The translations under genes were made by a program, and so were the position numbers. Shown here piece after piece: positions 40,451 to 50,619 of a stretch of 64,000 nt of DNA. Source of the DNA: a phage; assembly GCA_024682255.1 (NCBI GenBank), contig GCA_024682255.1_4716.1, one strand, 5' to 3'. Position 1 is the first letter of the stretch, and each line of letters begins with the position of its first letter. Under the pieces are notes generated by a model. The model saw only the letters and a list, made by a program, of their open reading frames with translations. It was not told where the DNA came from and made no database searches.

Positions 40451-40998
40451 CTTGTAATCCTTAATTTACCTGAATGAATTATCGTTGATGGGTCCACGAC
40501 GCGACCGTATTTCGCGTTACGTAATACACGATGCCCGAAGAAGTCAGCGGTTTCCAAAACAACCGTGTAACAACCCAGCTGATGTTGATGCCCCCAAAAC
40601 CGTTCAATGGGAATCCAGCAGGGCGACATGCCTTTGTGTCGCCAATCCGTAACACAACCGAATTCAGCAAACTGTTCAGTAAACCACTCGTCAATGTCGG
40701 TATCCGTAAAGAGAAATACGTGGTTTTTAACCAGATAAGCGAACCCAGGATAAAAAAGCTGAGGGTCATCCGGGTCACGTAGATAAATACGAAGTTTGTC
40801 TAGCGTACCCTCGATAACGATCGTATCGGGTAATCCTGGCGGCGTGAACCGAAGTTGGAAGTTATCCTCGTTTGCCGAGGCGTTAACCAAATACCCCAGT
40901 TGAAGGGGTCGATGCAGTTCGAAAAGGTTAAACGTTAATGCATATTCGATATACTCTAATCCTATATTCATGTCTGACCTATGTGGTATGGACGGCAT
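40447..40998 (-). CDS. hypothetical protein (183 aa)
   Basis: ORF in minus-strand array. Confidence 0.45.
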   Translation of the reverse strand: MPSIPHRSDMNIGLEYIEYALTFNLFELHRPLQLGYLVNASANEDNFQLRFTPPGLPDTIVIEGTLDKLRIYLRDPDDPQLFYPGFAYLVKNHVFLFTDTDIDEWFTEQFAEFGCVTDWRHKGMSPCWIPIERFWGHQHQLGCYTVVLETADFFGHRVLRNAKYGRVVDPSTIIHSGKLRITR

Positions 40999-41103
40999 TG
41001 CATTGCCTTCCGCGAGTGTAATCAGGAAGGTAATGTAGGTTTATTTTAATCTCCATTTCGCGATGATATGACAGTCTTTATTACGTTTACCATCTGAGGG
41101 AGC

Positions 41104-42348
41104 ATGCTCATGTCTTCTATTTTACAGGTGTTTAATGCGCATGCGGAAGGCATTGACATCGACGAGTATTTTGTTAATCAGGTTATCCGTTACGCGACAC
41201 GCTTCCGTACGCAAGACCAAGAACATATGCGTTTTTTCGGTGGGGTTCTGTTAGGTGTACAGAAAATCCGATTCACAACAAGACATAACGATATGTGGTT
41301 TTCCGACGTCTTGATGATGGATGAAGAAAGCTTACGACGCGATTTGAGTAAACTGCCCTTTTACAATACGCAGACCAACCGTGTCGCCTCAAACGCCTTT
41401 AATCTAAGTTGCTGTTGGTTGCTTTATGCGATCTTCCACAGCAAACAAATCAAAAAAGAAAAGGTTCGTGAAGCCGGGATGCTTGCAGCAATGCAAGTCC
41501 TCCATTATAAATTTATTTGTGGTCTGGTAGCACGACGTTATCCTTATAACGCCGATCCGGCTATCGCTATTAAAGCGTACGATGAGTTAACCCTCAAATC
41601 AGGCATCAAGCGTATGAATAGCTGGAATGAGTACATCGACGAACGCTGTAATGCCATCATTGCGCGTAATAGTACACATTTCAGTCGTTGGTCAACCCTA
41701 GAACCTGATAGCGTCGCCGAACGTTTTGTACGTGATGTGAATACCGGAATCCGTAAGGTTATCAACCGTATCACCGATACGTACTATGCGATGTATGAAG
41801 AGGGTAAGAAGATAGGCACGTCCTCTCAAACCGTAGAATTAGACGACGGCCTCGCTGTTCGCGATATCAAACGCAACGAAACCACTTATCGTCAATATCT
41901 GTTCGAAATCGCTTATGACCGAACAAGTTTCGTTAAACGTGAACTCATGGTCGTCATACTCGACGTGCATCATACGACCAATCTTTTATCCCTTGAGCGA
42001 GCGTTAAGCTATATCAGCGCTAACGTAGAACGACCGACAAGAGACGGAAAACAGGTCTCTCAGATGTTGCGGCTTGTAATGGAGCATGCTATCGAGTATA
42101 TCATCTTGAATAAGGTCGATATGCGCGATCTTACGTTCTTATTCTACATGCGTAACGTGTACACGTCTAACCGCACCAGCAACCCGAAACTGTTGGAACT
42201 GCGTAAACTCGGCTCTGAAGTCATTAAGAAAGCAACCAACGCGAGAAACGACGCTGAAGCCGCAGCGACACGCACTGGTGTCTTTCTGTATATCCTACTT
42301 CGTGTGTTTAGCCGTAACTACTATGTTCGACGCGCGATGTCTCGCTAA
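41104..42348 (+). CDS. hypothetical protein (414 aa)
   Basis: Plus-strand ORF; convergent with next minus gene, hairpin terminator between them. Confidence 0.5.
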   Translation: MLMSSILQVFNAHAEGIDIDEYFVNQVIRYATRFRTQDQEHMRFFGGVLLGVQKIRFTTRHNDMWFSDVLMMDEESLRRDLSKLPFYNTQTNRVASNAFNLSCCWLLYAIFHSKQIKKEKVREAGMLAAMQVLHYKFICGLVARRYPYNADPAIAIKAYDELTLKSGIKRMNSWNEYIDERCNAIIARNSTHFSRWSTLEPDSVAERFVRDVNTGIRKVINRITDTYYAMYEEGKKIGTSSQTVELDDGLAVRDIKRNETTYRQYLFEIAYDRTSFVKRELMVVILDVHHTTNLLSLERALSYISANVERPTRDGKQVSQMLRLVMEHAIEYIILNKVDMRDLTFLFYMRNVYTSNRTSNPKLLELRKLGSEVIKKATNARNDAEAAATRTGVFLYILLRVFSRNYYVRRAMSR

Positions 42349-42500
42349 CAACGTAACGGTAAAACTTTACTGACGTTGGTTATTATTTGAAGCATAGGGC
42401 TTCACCCAGGAGTACCATCCCTTTAAGTCGTTTGTCCTCTCCTGGTTAACTGTCGTTCTCTCACAGTGCTCGACAGACCAAAAATGCTCAGGCCTCATAG

Positions 42501-42529
42501 CCTCCTCTGGGAATGGAACCCAGAGGAGG
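42501..42529. terminator. bidirectional terminator between convergent genes
   Basis: CCTCCTCTGGG-AATGGAA-CCCAGAGGAGG stem-loop. Confidence 0.5.
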
Positions 42530-42541
42530 ACTATGTTTGCC

Positions 42542-42862
42542 TTAAAATTCAATGCGACCTTTTGCCGTAAATAATACACCTCTTTGCCAACAGAAAAAAT
42601 CCTCCGATTGAGCGCAGACACGAATACCCACATCGAATAGATGTTTTGTTCTGGCGCTTAAACAATCTGGATCTTCTACATACAACAGAAGACGTTGGCA
42701 TTTATTTTGAATGCGTTCGACAAGGATATTCTTATCGCTTAAAATAAAGTGCGCGTTATCTGTTAAGTTATCGTCGGTTTCCAGCTGCTTGACGAGTTTG
42801 ATTAAAATACGTAATTGCTCAAGTGTGTCATGATCAAGTGAATCACCCATGGCGTACCTCAA
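42542..42862 (-). CDS. hypothetical protein (106 aa)
   Basis: ORF in minus-strand array. Confidence 0.45.
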   Translation of the reverse strand: MRYAMGDSLDHDTLEQLRILIKLVKQLETDDNLTDNAHFILSDKNILVERIQNKCQRLLLYVEDPDCLSARTKHLFDVGIRVCAQSEDFFCWQRGVLFTAKGRIEF

Positions 42863-42935
42863 CGTTATACGTCGTTTGTATTATAATACGCTATCGTCTC
42901 CCCGCCTGTATTAACGGGGAGTCTGCAGACTACTC

Positions 42936-45167
42936 TTAGAAAAAACCGCCCGGACGGTATTGACCCATCGTCATCCACGCATTACGAGAAATATTCCGTT
43001 CATTCGAAGAGCGGCTTATTTGACGATAAGTATTCGCTCGTTCCTCCCTTGCTTTCGTGATCATCGCATCAATAGAAACAGCCGCTGAATCTTCCCCACG
43101 TATTTTTCCTTTATACGTAAGAAGCTCTGCCTCCAATCGATCCAAGATAAGGCCGTTGGTTTCGGTCTTAAGCAACTCATAGATTTCAGCAACGCGTTGA
43201 CGTAGCTTCGCCTGCTGTTGGTTAAGATACGCTTCATACGGATCGATTTCACCCGTTACAGATGCCGGTAAACGACTCATGACTTTAAGCGGATCGATAC
43301 CGTAATGAATCTGTTTCTTAGCGCGCTTGATGAACCACATCGCTAACATCCAGGCGAACGTCATGTCATCATGCATTCCGTCCTGGTGGTCGACACGTCC
43401 ATCTTTGATAACCAATCCAAGGATCTCGGAACACAGCATCTTATCGCGTAACTGCCCGCGGGTTTCTACGATACCTTCCATCAAGATGTCGGAATACAAC
43501 TCCATGCGTTTGCGTGCATCCGTCGTGAAGCCCAAATGCCGTTTACGCTGAGCGTACCAACTTTCATCACGCATGCTCAATGGCAGTTTCAGGTCTTCGA
43601 ACATCGCTGGGTTATCAGCATGTCTGTCCACAATGGTGTTGTATACACGTTTGAACACGTCGATGCCTGCTTGTCTCAGGAACTCTTCAATCGCGTCTAA
43701 CAACATGATTGCACTGCTTTTACGTTCAGGAATCAACGTAACGTTCTTAAAACGCATCATGAAGTTGGCCATCCAACGAGCAAAAGAAAGCAGGCTCAGT
43801 TTATTAAAACGTCCTGTCGCAACAACTTCTGCTGTTTCCACATCCACCATCACCAAACCGATAGCATCACGACCTATTGCATCACTGGTGTCTAAACCAG
43901 CAACCACCTTATTGTTCTGCATGTATGTCTCGATTTTACCTCGAGGTATATACCAGTTAATGCAGTAGCCTTCAGGTGAGATCTCGATATGGTCGATTTC
44001 ACGTTGTCCTGCCATGATCATCTCAACCATCTCAGCGGTTAACGGGCTTTCTGCTGAACCGTTGGTCCAAATGTTCATGTAGTCACGGTCTTTCTGAAGT
44101 TTATCACCTTCCGTTTCGTTCATGGTTTTTGCTAACCATTCGTCACTGAATCCCAATTGAGCATGGTTCCATTGTGCCCCTATCCTGACGGTCGCTTTGC
44201 TAAGTTCACACGGTACGTTGTTCAATACCGTCTGATGCAGATGCTTTTCGTTACGGCAGTCAAAGAAACTTTCAGAGAACGGCGCTGAACGCATGAAAAC
44301 TTCATAAGCCCATTTGCCTTCGCGTTTATCCAATTCACCTGCTGTTGTCGTGTAGATGATACTTGTCAGGTCGCCGTTGCTTAATGCTTCATCGCGTGCC
44401 GCACCCATCGCACCGATACCAGCAGGAACAATGATTTCGATGTATTTCGTAAACGCGGTTTCGTCGCTATGGAATAGCGGGGTTGTTAGACCACGACCGA
44501 TGTTTGTTGCTTGTTTCTTATCCGAACGCGGAATCTTTACCGATAGCTTGTTCTTGAAACGCGTGTAGGTCACGTTCTCTTTGTTCGATGAATCGCGACT
44601 ATCCAGCGTCCAGAGATACGCAGGCAACAGATCGCGTATACTACGCACGTCTTCTACCGTTTTCGTACGGGCATCACCGTCTTTTGTTAACTGAATAACC
44701 TCGGTGTTTCGACTACGAACATAGGTTAGATAACAGAACAACCCTAACATGGTCATGGATTTACCCGTCTGACGTATCTGTATCTGATACCAGTTCGTTC
44801 GGGTAAATATCCCCCAGAGCATCGGAATGTTACCGCGGTTAGCACGGAATGAAATTTTGTTATCACCCGCTTTAGCCGGAACACGCATCACTTCACGGAA
44901 GAAGTACCACGGATTAAGATAGCATTCCGCACTGATCATCTGAATCTGTTCTGACGTCAAATTCGGTGCGTGGGGATCGACACCAATCAATCTTGGGTTT
45001 AATAACGCCATGAAAAACGCAGAGTTCCGGACACCGAATTCACGACGATACAAGATCGCTAAATCACGCCAACTTGTGTTTGTTGTTTCCCAGTGTGGAA
45101 CAGCCTGAGGAAAATAATCCCAATCTTCCTCAAACAGGATGATTTTCTTCGGATCGACAATCGACAT
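42936..45167 (-). CDS. terL: terminase large subunit
   Basis: 743 aa; terminase-type Walker A IRQTGKSMTM (Q-x-GKS); C-terminal nuclease-like acidic motifs GLDTSDAIGRDAIG and HDDMTFAW. Confidence 0.65.
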   Translation of the reverse strand: MSIVDPKKIILFEEDWDYFPQAVPHWETTNTSWRDLAILYRREFGVRNSAFFMALLNPRLIGVDPHAPNLTSEQIQMISAECYLNPWYFFREVMRVPAKAGDNKISFRANRGNIPMLWGIFTRTNWYQIQIRQTGKSMTMLGLFCYLTYVRSRNTEVIQLTKDGDARTKTVEDVRSIRDLLPAYLWTLDSRDSSNKENVTYTRFKNKLSVKIPRSDKKQATNIGRGLTTPLFHSDETAFTKYIEIIVPAGIGAMGAARDEALSNGDLTSIIYTTTAGELDKREGKWAYEVFMRSAPFSESFFDCRNEKHLHQTVLNNVPCELSKATVRIGAQWNHAQLGFSDEWLAKTMNETEGDKLQKDRDYMNIWTNGSAESPLTAEMVEMIMAGQREIDHIEISPEGYCINWYIPRGKIETYMQNNKVVAGLDTSDAIGRDAIGLVMVDVETAEVVATGRFNKLSLLSFARWMANFMMRFKNVTLIPERKSSAIMLLDAIEEFLRQAGIDVFKRVYNTIVDRHADNPAMFEDLKLPLSMRDESWYAQRKRHLGFTTDARKRMELYSDILMEGIVETRGQLRDKMLCSEILGLVIKDGRVDHQDGMHDDMTFAWMLAMWFIKRAKKQIHYGIDPLKVMSRLPASVTGEIDPYEAYLNQQQAKLRQRVAEIYELLKTETNGLILDRLEAELLTYKGKIRGEDSAAVSIDAMITKAREERANTYRQISRSSNERNISRNAWMTMGQYRPGGFF

Positions 45168-45217
45168 ATAAACTCCTCCGATGGAGGGTGCTCGGCACCC
45201 TCCATCGTTGTATTACC

Positions 45218-46957
45218 TTATGCGACTTTACTAATAACGACTGCTGTGATACCGAGATGTAGGTCGACGCCATTCTGTACTTTAATCCAGCGGATATACA
45301 GGTTAGCGTTATCCTGTCCCGTACCACCTGGGACGTTATTGTTCCTATTCCATTGCGAGATTTCGAAACGTTTCTGCACGTTAGGACCAACCATGATTTC
45401 AAAGTGGGTCGGTTCTGGTGCTTTCGATTCCGTTTTCTCAAGATAGAGCGGATGTATCGGGTAGTAAAGCTGCTTCAACCATTCACCCAGATCTGAGTGT
45501 TTGTTCGTCAAGTCAACATACGCGTTACCAGCAACATCGTAAGTAAACAATGCTTTCGTGTTACGACCGTACACATCCGTTGTCGTCGGCGTTGTTTGCG
45601 AGCTGAACGTTACTGTCCAATAATCACCAGATGTTGCCGAACCTGCTTGCAGTAACGTCATTCGAATAGTCTGCGTATGACGTACGCGTTTGTAAACGGT
45701 AGGATCGACTTCATCTAACCAGATGTTATACGCAAATTCCTGAGGTTGTCCGTATTTCTTCGGATTAAACTCAGGGCTGTTCAGTGCCAATTGTACTTTA
45801 TCGGTTACGTTGTAGTATCGTTCACGGTCAACGTTATACAACCAGAACACCAGCTCGTATCCCACTGCATCAGATACCCATTGTGGATAGCAGAACAGTT
45901 TAACACTGTAAGCCCCTTTCGCTTCTTTAGAAACGACAGTATAAGGTACGCTGATATGTTTCACTGCGCCAGGTAACGCGTAGGATGTGTCCTCATCATC
46001 GTCCAGGTAGTAGTGTAACGCCAGCGGGTGTTTGCTGTTGATAACCTGGGACGTGAAGACGTTAAGGCCGTCCAACACAACCTTGTTGCCAGTAACCGGC
46101 CAATGTTTAATGGAGCCGTCACTGTAAGTGACTTCAGCCTGAAGGTCAACGGAATCCAGGTTGACGTTGATCGGCAACTCAAGCAGTTTGGTATCGCTGC
46201 TGCTCAACCACGTTGATTTCAGTCGTACCCCGTCTTCCAGAATATATTTAATACCCTGATCTGGTGTGCGTACATAGTCGGTGATACGAACAATCATACG
46301 TTTCATGGATAGCGGCTGTGGGCCATCGCCATAACCTACTACCATCACCTGCTCAAAATCTTCGACCGGCTTGATGCAGTAACCTTCGCGGGGTGCCCAG
46401 ATAGCTTTATTCGTTCCGTCTTTGTAAGCGATAAGCTGGCACGGAATGAAATCGCTAATCTTATTCCCGCTGTTATCATACATCGCACTGATGATTTCGC
46501 CTTTGGCGCTAATATCAGAACCGCGGAACACCGCGATACGTCGAATATCCGAGCCATGCAGATGGAAACGACGATCGATATTCATCGTAGCTGGGATCGT
46601 GTTCGTATTAATCAAGACACGCCACGTATCGTACGACCATGTCGGATCAATACCTTCGAAGGTTGTCGTCCCATCGTCCTGACCATCGAACGGAGCAGAC
46701 AGCTGACCGATAAGTTTAAGGGTACTTAGTTTAGTGCGATCGTCTACGGCGATAACACGGTATACTGCGTTGGTATCCCAGTCTTCAACTTTATCGTCCA
46801 CGTTGGGAACGTAAAGTTTCCAGTCTTCTTCAACGCCATTATAGATCTCTTTATACGCATAGGTGGTATAGCGTCTGTCGAGATCCTGAATAGCGAGTTT
46901 ATCCGGATGCTGTTGTGCATAAAGCACCGGATTGGTAATCTCTCTTCCCATTATCAC
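45218..46957 (-). CDS. hypothetical protein, possibly virion-associated (579 aa)
   Basis: Long ORF next to terminase. Confidence 0.5.
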   Translation of the reverse strand: MIMGREITNPVLYAQQHPDKLAIQDLDRRYTTYAYKEIYNGVEEDWKLYVPNVDDKVEDWDTNAVYRVIAVDDRTKLSTLKLIGQLSAPFDGQDDGTTTFEGIDPTWSYDTWRVLINTNTIPATMNIDRRFHLHGSDIRRIAVFRGSDISAKGEIISAMYDNSGNKISDFIPCQLIAYKDGTNKAIWAPREGYCIKPVEDFEQVMVVGYGDGPQPLSMKRMIVRITDYVRTPDQGIKYILEDGVRLKSTWLSSSDTKLLELPINVNLDSVDLQAEVTYSDGSIKHWPVTGNKVVLDGLNVFTSQVINSKHPLALHYYLDDDEDTSYALPGAVKHISVPYTVVSKEAKGAYSVKLFCYPQWVSDAVGYELVFWLYNVDRERYYNVTDKVQLALNSPEFNPKKYGQPQEFAYNIWLDEVDPTVYKRVRHTQTIRMTLLQAGSATSGDYWTVTFSSQTTPTTTDVYGRNTKALFTYDVAGNAYVDLTNKHSDLGEWLKQLYYPIHPLYLEKTESKAPEPTHFEIMVGPNVQKRFEISQWNRNNNVPGGTGQDNANLYIRWIKVQNGVDLHLGITAVVISKVA

Positions 46958-49548
46958 TCACCTTTGATTGTGTAAAACTTCGTGAAGTCCACGCGATCTT
47001 TCAAGAACTCACGACTGACGCGTTCTAAGAATCGCAGTTGTTTAACCGTAACTTCAAGCGGTGTCCAACTGTCGTGTGGATGAATAGAGACCATCCGCCA
47101 ATCGTAATTACGTAACGCAGGATCGTAGTCATAGAACCATTTATACGGCCCCATGAAATCCATCAGTTTAACGTCCTGCATGTCAGGATCGGGATCGATA
47201 ACACCATTGATAAGATCGTACGTTACCGCCATCAACGTCGGGCTGATAAGCTGGTATTTGTTTTCAATCGTTACCGGCGTATCGTACTTCACACGAGGGA
47301 AATACAAGGACATATAGTCTTCAACGCGCTTATCGGTTTCAAGACTTTTGTCGCGTAGATAATACGTGTCTGTGTTCACGAGACCACGGATAGGGGCAAT
47401 AACGTGATAAATCGCATAAGGTACCCCATCGTTGACTTTGATGTCGGCAGGGTATTGCGTGTCCTCTGCTGTAACCACTTCGCTACGATCGTAAATACGT
47501 CCACCAACCACAATACGAACAACATGATCGTCGCGAACATTAAACACGTCGTCGTAAGAAAGCTGGTTATGCATCGTCCAACCGGTATCGTAAACGGTTT
47601 CGCCGGTTAAGTCCGTGCGTGGAAAACCGGTGCATCTCACGGTAACCGTGTGTGTGTTCCCTTCACTGAAATACCGTTTCGCGTTGATCACGATCGTTGG
47701 CCATTTTACGATATAATCGATATCGCGTACCAAGCTGTAGCTTTTGGTTGCTCGCTCGTCACCTAACCATACTTCGATTTGACCAGGTTCGAAAGGCAGC
47801 GGATATTCAACATCAATACCCGTCGTAACATCCAACCATACGGTATGGTTACGATGTTGTATTGTGGTCTTATACGCTAAGAAGTAGGTGTCGAACAACA
47901 CTAAACCGGTTTGCTTTCTTCCATCCAACGACCATTTTATCACCCCGTTCTCTTCCGTTACCACAGAAGCATCGTCGGTAACATCCTTCCATGTGTTCGC
48001 AACAGGTTGTCCGTTACGAAGGTTTACGCTATAGCAACGGTAGCTTGCCCATTCACGGATTGGGACGTCGGCAACACCCATCACGTAATCAAGCGTTCTC
48101 CCACCAACACCCGATCGACCCTCAACATAGGACGTGGTTTCATATTGCGGATAAAAATGTCGGCCTGCTGGATGTTGCGTGATACCCAATAATAGACCGT
48201 CACTGTCGTACTCGAAAAACGTCGCATTTGCACGCAAACCCCATGGTACTTCAGCAGTAGGGGTACCCATATCGTCAGTAACGCGTTGTGGACTATCTGC
48301 AACCAGTTTTGCCATCGCGTTATACCCGTAAGCGGAGGTCACCATGTCGATGGTGATATTGCTTTCCTTATTACGCATGATGCGTGTATAATCACTGGCT
48401 TCAAGGGTACGTGCAAAGAACTCAGGTATATTAGCGTTCTGTTCTAACATTGCACCGACGATGACGTCGTCTGGAAGTTTATACAATTCGTGAATGCGAT
48501 TATGTTCAAAGGTTAACTGCGTTTTCAGCCCACTATCGCGGATAACCACTTCCAGGGTTAAATCCCGAAGCGATTCTGCACCATCAACCCGTTCGACGAA
48601 GTAACTGACATAATCAACAGGAATCCCGTAATCACGATGCGTGAGCATGCGGATACTATTTTCCTGGTTGGTATGGTAATAACGTCCTTTTCCGTTAGGT
48701 CCTTTCACGTAGATATCAACATCATCACGATACTGGATCTTAGTATCTATTTCATCTTTCGGTGGATGAATAAGGTACTTCACTTTTTTGTCCAGATCGC
48801 TGTTGTACGTTTTAAGATCTTCTACACGGAAGCTGTACCGATGAACAACCGTACCGTCATAGACGACCTGAATGCTATCGCCGATCTTAAAACTTGACGG
48901 TGGGATGTCTTCAACCGCTTCACCATTGATGCTGCAGTGCGTCCAGCCGATACCGGTTTCCTGGATCTTTTTACGCCAGGCGTATAGCTGACGTTGCCAC
49001 TGCAGAACCTGTGTCGAGCTGGTTACAATCCCCCCAAGGACATGCACTTCACGCCCCGTCGGTTTCGTGTATGATGGATAGCCTTCTGCGAAGTCAGCAT
49101 TGAGATAAGTGCGCCAGTAATAATCACCAACGCCAAGGTCAGCGATATTCGGTTGGTCGAGCACACAGACCAGCATCGTTTCGTTTTCCAGATTACCCGT
49201 CCACGTTAATGTCAACGGGAATTCTTTACCGTCCTCGGTATAGATGTTGTAATACGATCCCTTCACCTCACAGAACTTGCTGAGTTCTCGCCACCACAAC
49301 CGCCCAGCCCCGACATTAAAATCCTCTCCCATATGTCGTCCAATAACAAACACATGGAACGTATTCGTATCGTCAGGAAGATTGAATGTACGATGCCACG
49401 CCGTAAAGTTTTTTACTGCGCCGGTCTTTCCGGTAATACGACGCATCTTGATACGATGCTGGTTGTCCATTAATGGACGGCAGTTCACATTCAGCGCAGC
49501 ATGATTTATCAAGTATTGCGCTGTAGGATTAGAAGCGTTCAACACCAC
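46954..49548 (-). CDS. hypothetical large protein, possibly virion-associated (864 aa)
   Basis: Long ORF; ATGA overlap with downstream gene. Confidence 0.5.
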   Translation of the reverse strand: MVLNASNPTAQYLINHAALNVNCRPLMDNQHRIKMRRITGKTGAVKNFTAWHRTFNLPDDTNTFHVFVIGRHMGEDFNVGAGRLWWRELSKFCEVKGSYYNIYTEDGKEFPLTLTWTGNLENETMLVCVLDQPNIADLGVGDYYWRTYLNADFAEGYPSYTKPTGREVHVLGGIVTSSTQVLQWQRQLYAWRKKIQETGIGWTHCSINGEAVEDIPPSSFKIGDSIQVVYDGTVVHRYSFRVEDLKTYNSDLDKKVKYLIHPPKDEIDTKIQYRDDVDIYVKGPNGKGRYYHTNQENSIRMLTHRDYGIPVDYVSYFVERVDGAESLRDLTLEVVIRDSGLKTQLTFEHNRIHELYKLPDDVIVGAMLEQNANIPEFFARTLEASDYTRIMRNKESNITIDMVTSAYGYNAMAKLVADSPQRVTDDMGTPTAEVPWGLRANATFFEYDSDGLLLGITQHPAGRHFYPQYETTSYVEGRSGVGGRTLDYVMGVADVPIREWASYRCYSVNLRNGQPVANTWKDVTDDASVVTEENGVIKWSLDGRKQTGLVLFDTYFLAYKTTIQHRNHTVWLDVTTGIDVEYPLPFEPGQIEVWLGDERATKSYSLVRDIDYIVKWPTIVINAKRYFSEGNTHTVTVRCTGFPRTDLTGETVYDTGWTMHNQLSYDDVFNVRDDHVVRIVVGGRIYDRSEVVTAEDTQYPADIKVNDGVPYAIYHVIAPIRGLVNTDTYYLRDKSLETDKRVEDYMSLYFPRVKYDTPVTIENKYQLISPTLMAVTYDLINGVIDPDPDMQDVKLMDFMGPYKWFYDYDPALRNYDWRMVSIHPHDSWTPLEVTVKQLRFLERVSREFLKDRVDFTKFYTIKGE

Positions 49549-50476
49549 GGCATGCCTCCAGGAGGTATTTCATGTTGGCTTGGAAATCATTGACGTCACG
49601 CGCCATACGACGCTGATCCGCCATGAGACGAGCCAACACGGTATCACGGTAACCACGATCGTGGTCAGCAGCAGAGCATAAAAGAATAAATGTTGGTGGG
49701 TGCTCTAAAGCAATCCCGGCAACTTCTTTACTATAACCCCCAACCCAACTGTAAGCGGTGATTTCAAACAACAACGCCTGGGTTAACGTGTTCAAACGGG
49801 GACTAATATTACTTTCTTTTAACGCTGTTACAAAAGCTGCCATGTTAGGGATATAACCCAGGTTTTCGGTTACGATACCGATGCTCGCAAAATCGTAACG
49901 AAGCGTTGTCTGGATGGTGCGCACCATAGTTAGTCTTTCATTATTTGTAAGGCTATCTTTAAACAAGCAAAGATAATACCATGCTGTTATGATGGCAACA
50001 TCGCGACGTTGTTGAAGGTCCAGTCCTAAACGTTGTGTGATTTGTCCGCTAATCCAATCACAAAAGACACGCATCGGGATAGGGCCAAGACGTTCAAAAG
50101 GGCGTGTGCCCAAGGATTCCCATCCTACCTGAAGATACGCACGTGATTGAAGAAAGTTATATTCACGTTCGTTAACAACGGTAGTACGCGATCCTGGGCG
50201 TGAAGTATCTGTTGGGGTGCGCGCGTAGGCGCGTTGGTCGATAACAACGCGCTGTCCGTCCATCACTGTTTTAATGACCAATGGATGACCAAAAGAAGGG
50301 ATATCGTCCAACGTATTTTTGTTGCCGATGACTTCGAGAACGGGAGTGTTTACGCCACTTTCTTCACCGGGTGCACTTAACAATCCGCCGACGTAAGCAA
50401 CTTCGATAGCGGTTCGGATACGGTCAATGCCTTTTAGTTTTGTTCCAACAGTTGTGTCGTAAGGAGAGATGAACAT
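49529..50476 (-). CDS. hypothetical protein (315 aa)
   Basis: ORF in minus-strand array. Confidence 0.5.
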   Translation of the reverse strand: MFISPYDTTVGTKLKGIDRIRTAIEVAYVGGLLSAPGEESGVNTPVLEVIGNKNTLDDIPSFGHPLVIKTVMDGQRVVIDQRAYARTPTDTSRPGSRTTVVNEREYNFLQSRAYLQVGWESLGTRPFERLGPIPMRVFCDWISGQITQRLGLDLQQRRDVAIITAWYYLCLFKDSLTNNERLTMVRTIQTTLRYDFASIGIVTENLGYIPNMAAFVTALKESNISPRLNTLTQALLFEITAYSWVGGYSKEVAGIALEHPPTFILLCSAADHDRGYRDTVLARLMADQRRMARDVNDFQANMKYLLEACRGVERF

Positions 50477-50619
50477 ATGTAATTCCTTTATTACGGCATA
50501 TAAGAAAACGGGTTAAGCACACAGATTTACGCATAATTGTAATATTTTACGTTATGCCTATGACATTGTGTCACGTGTGCAATTATGTCATACAATTTCC
50601 TTAAATTAAGGAGAGTTCC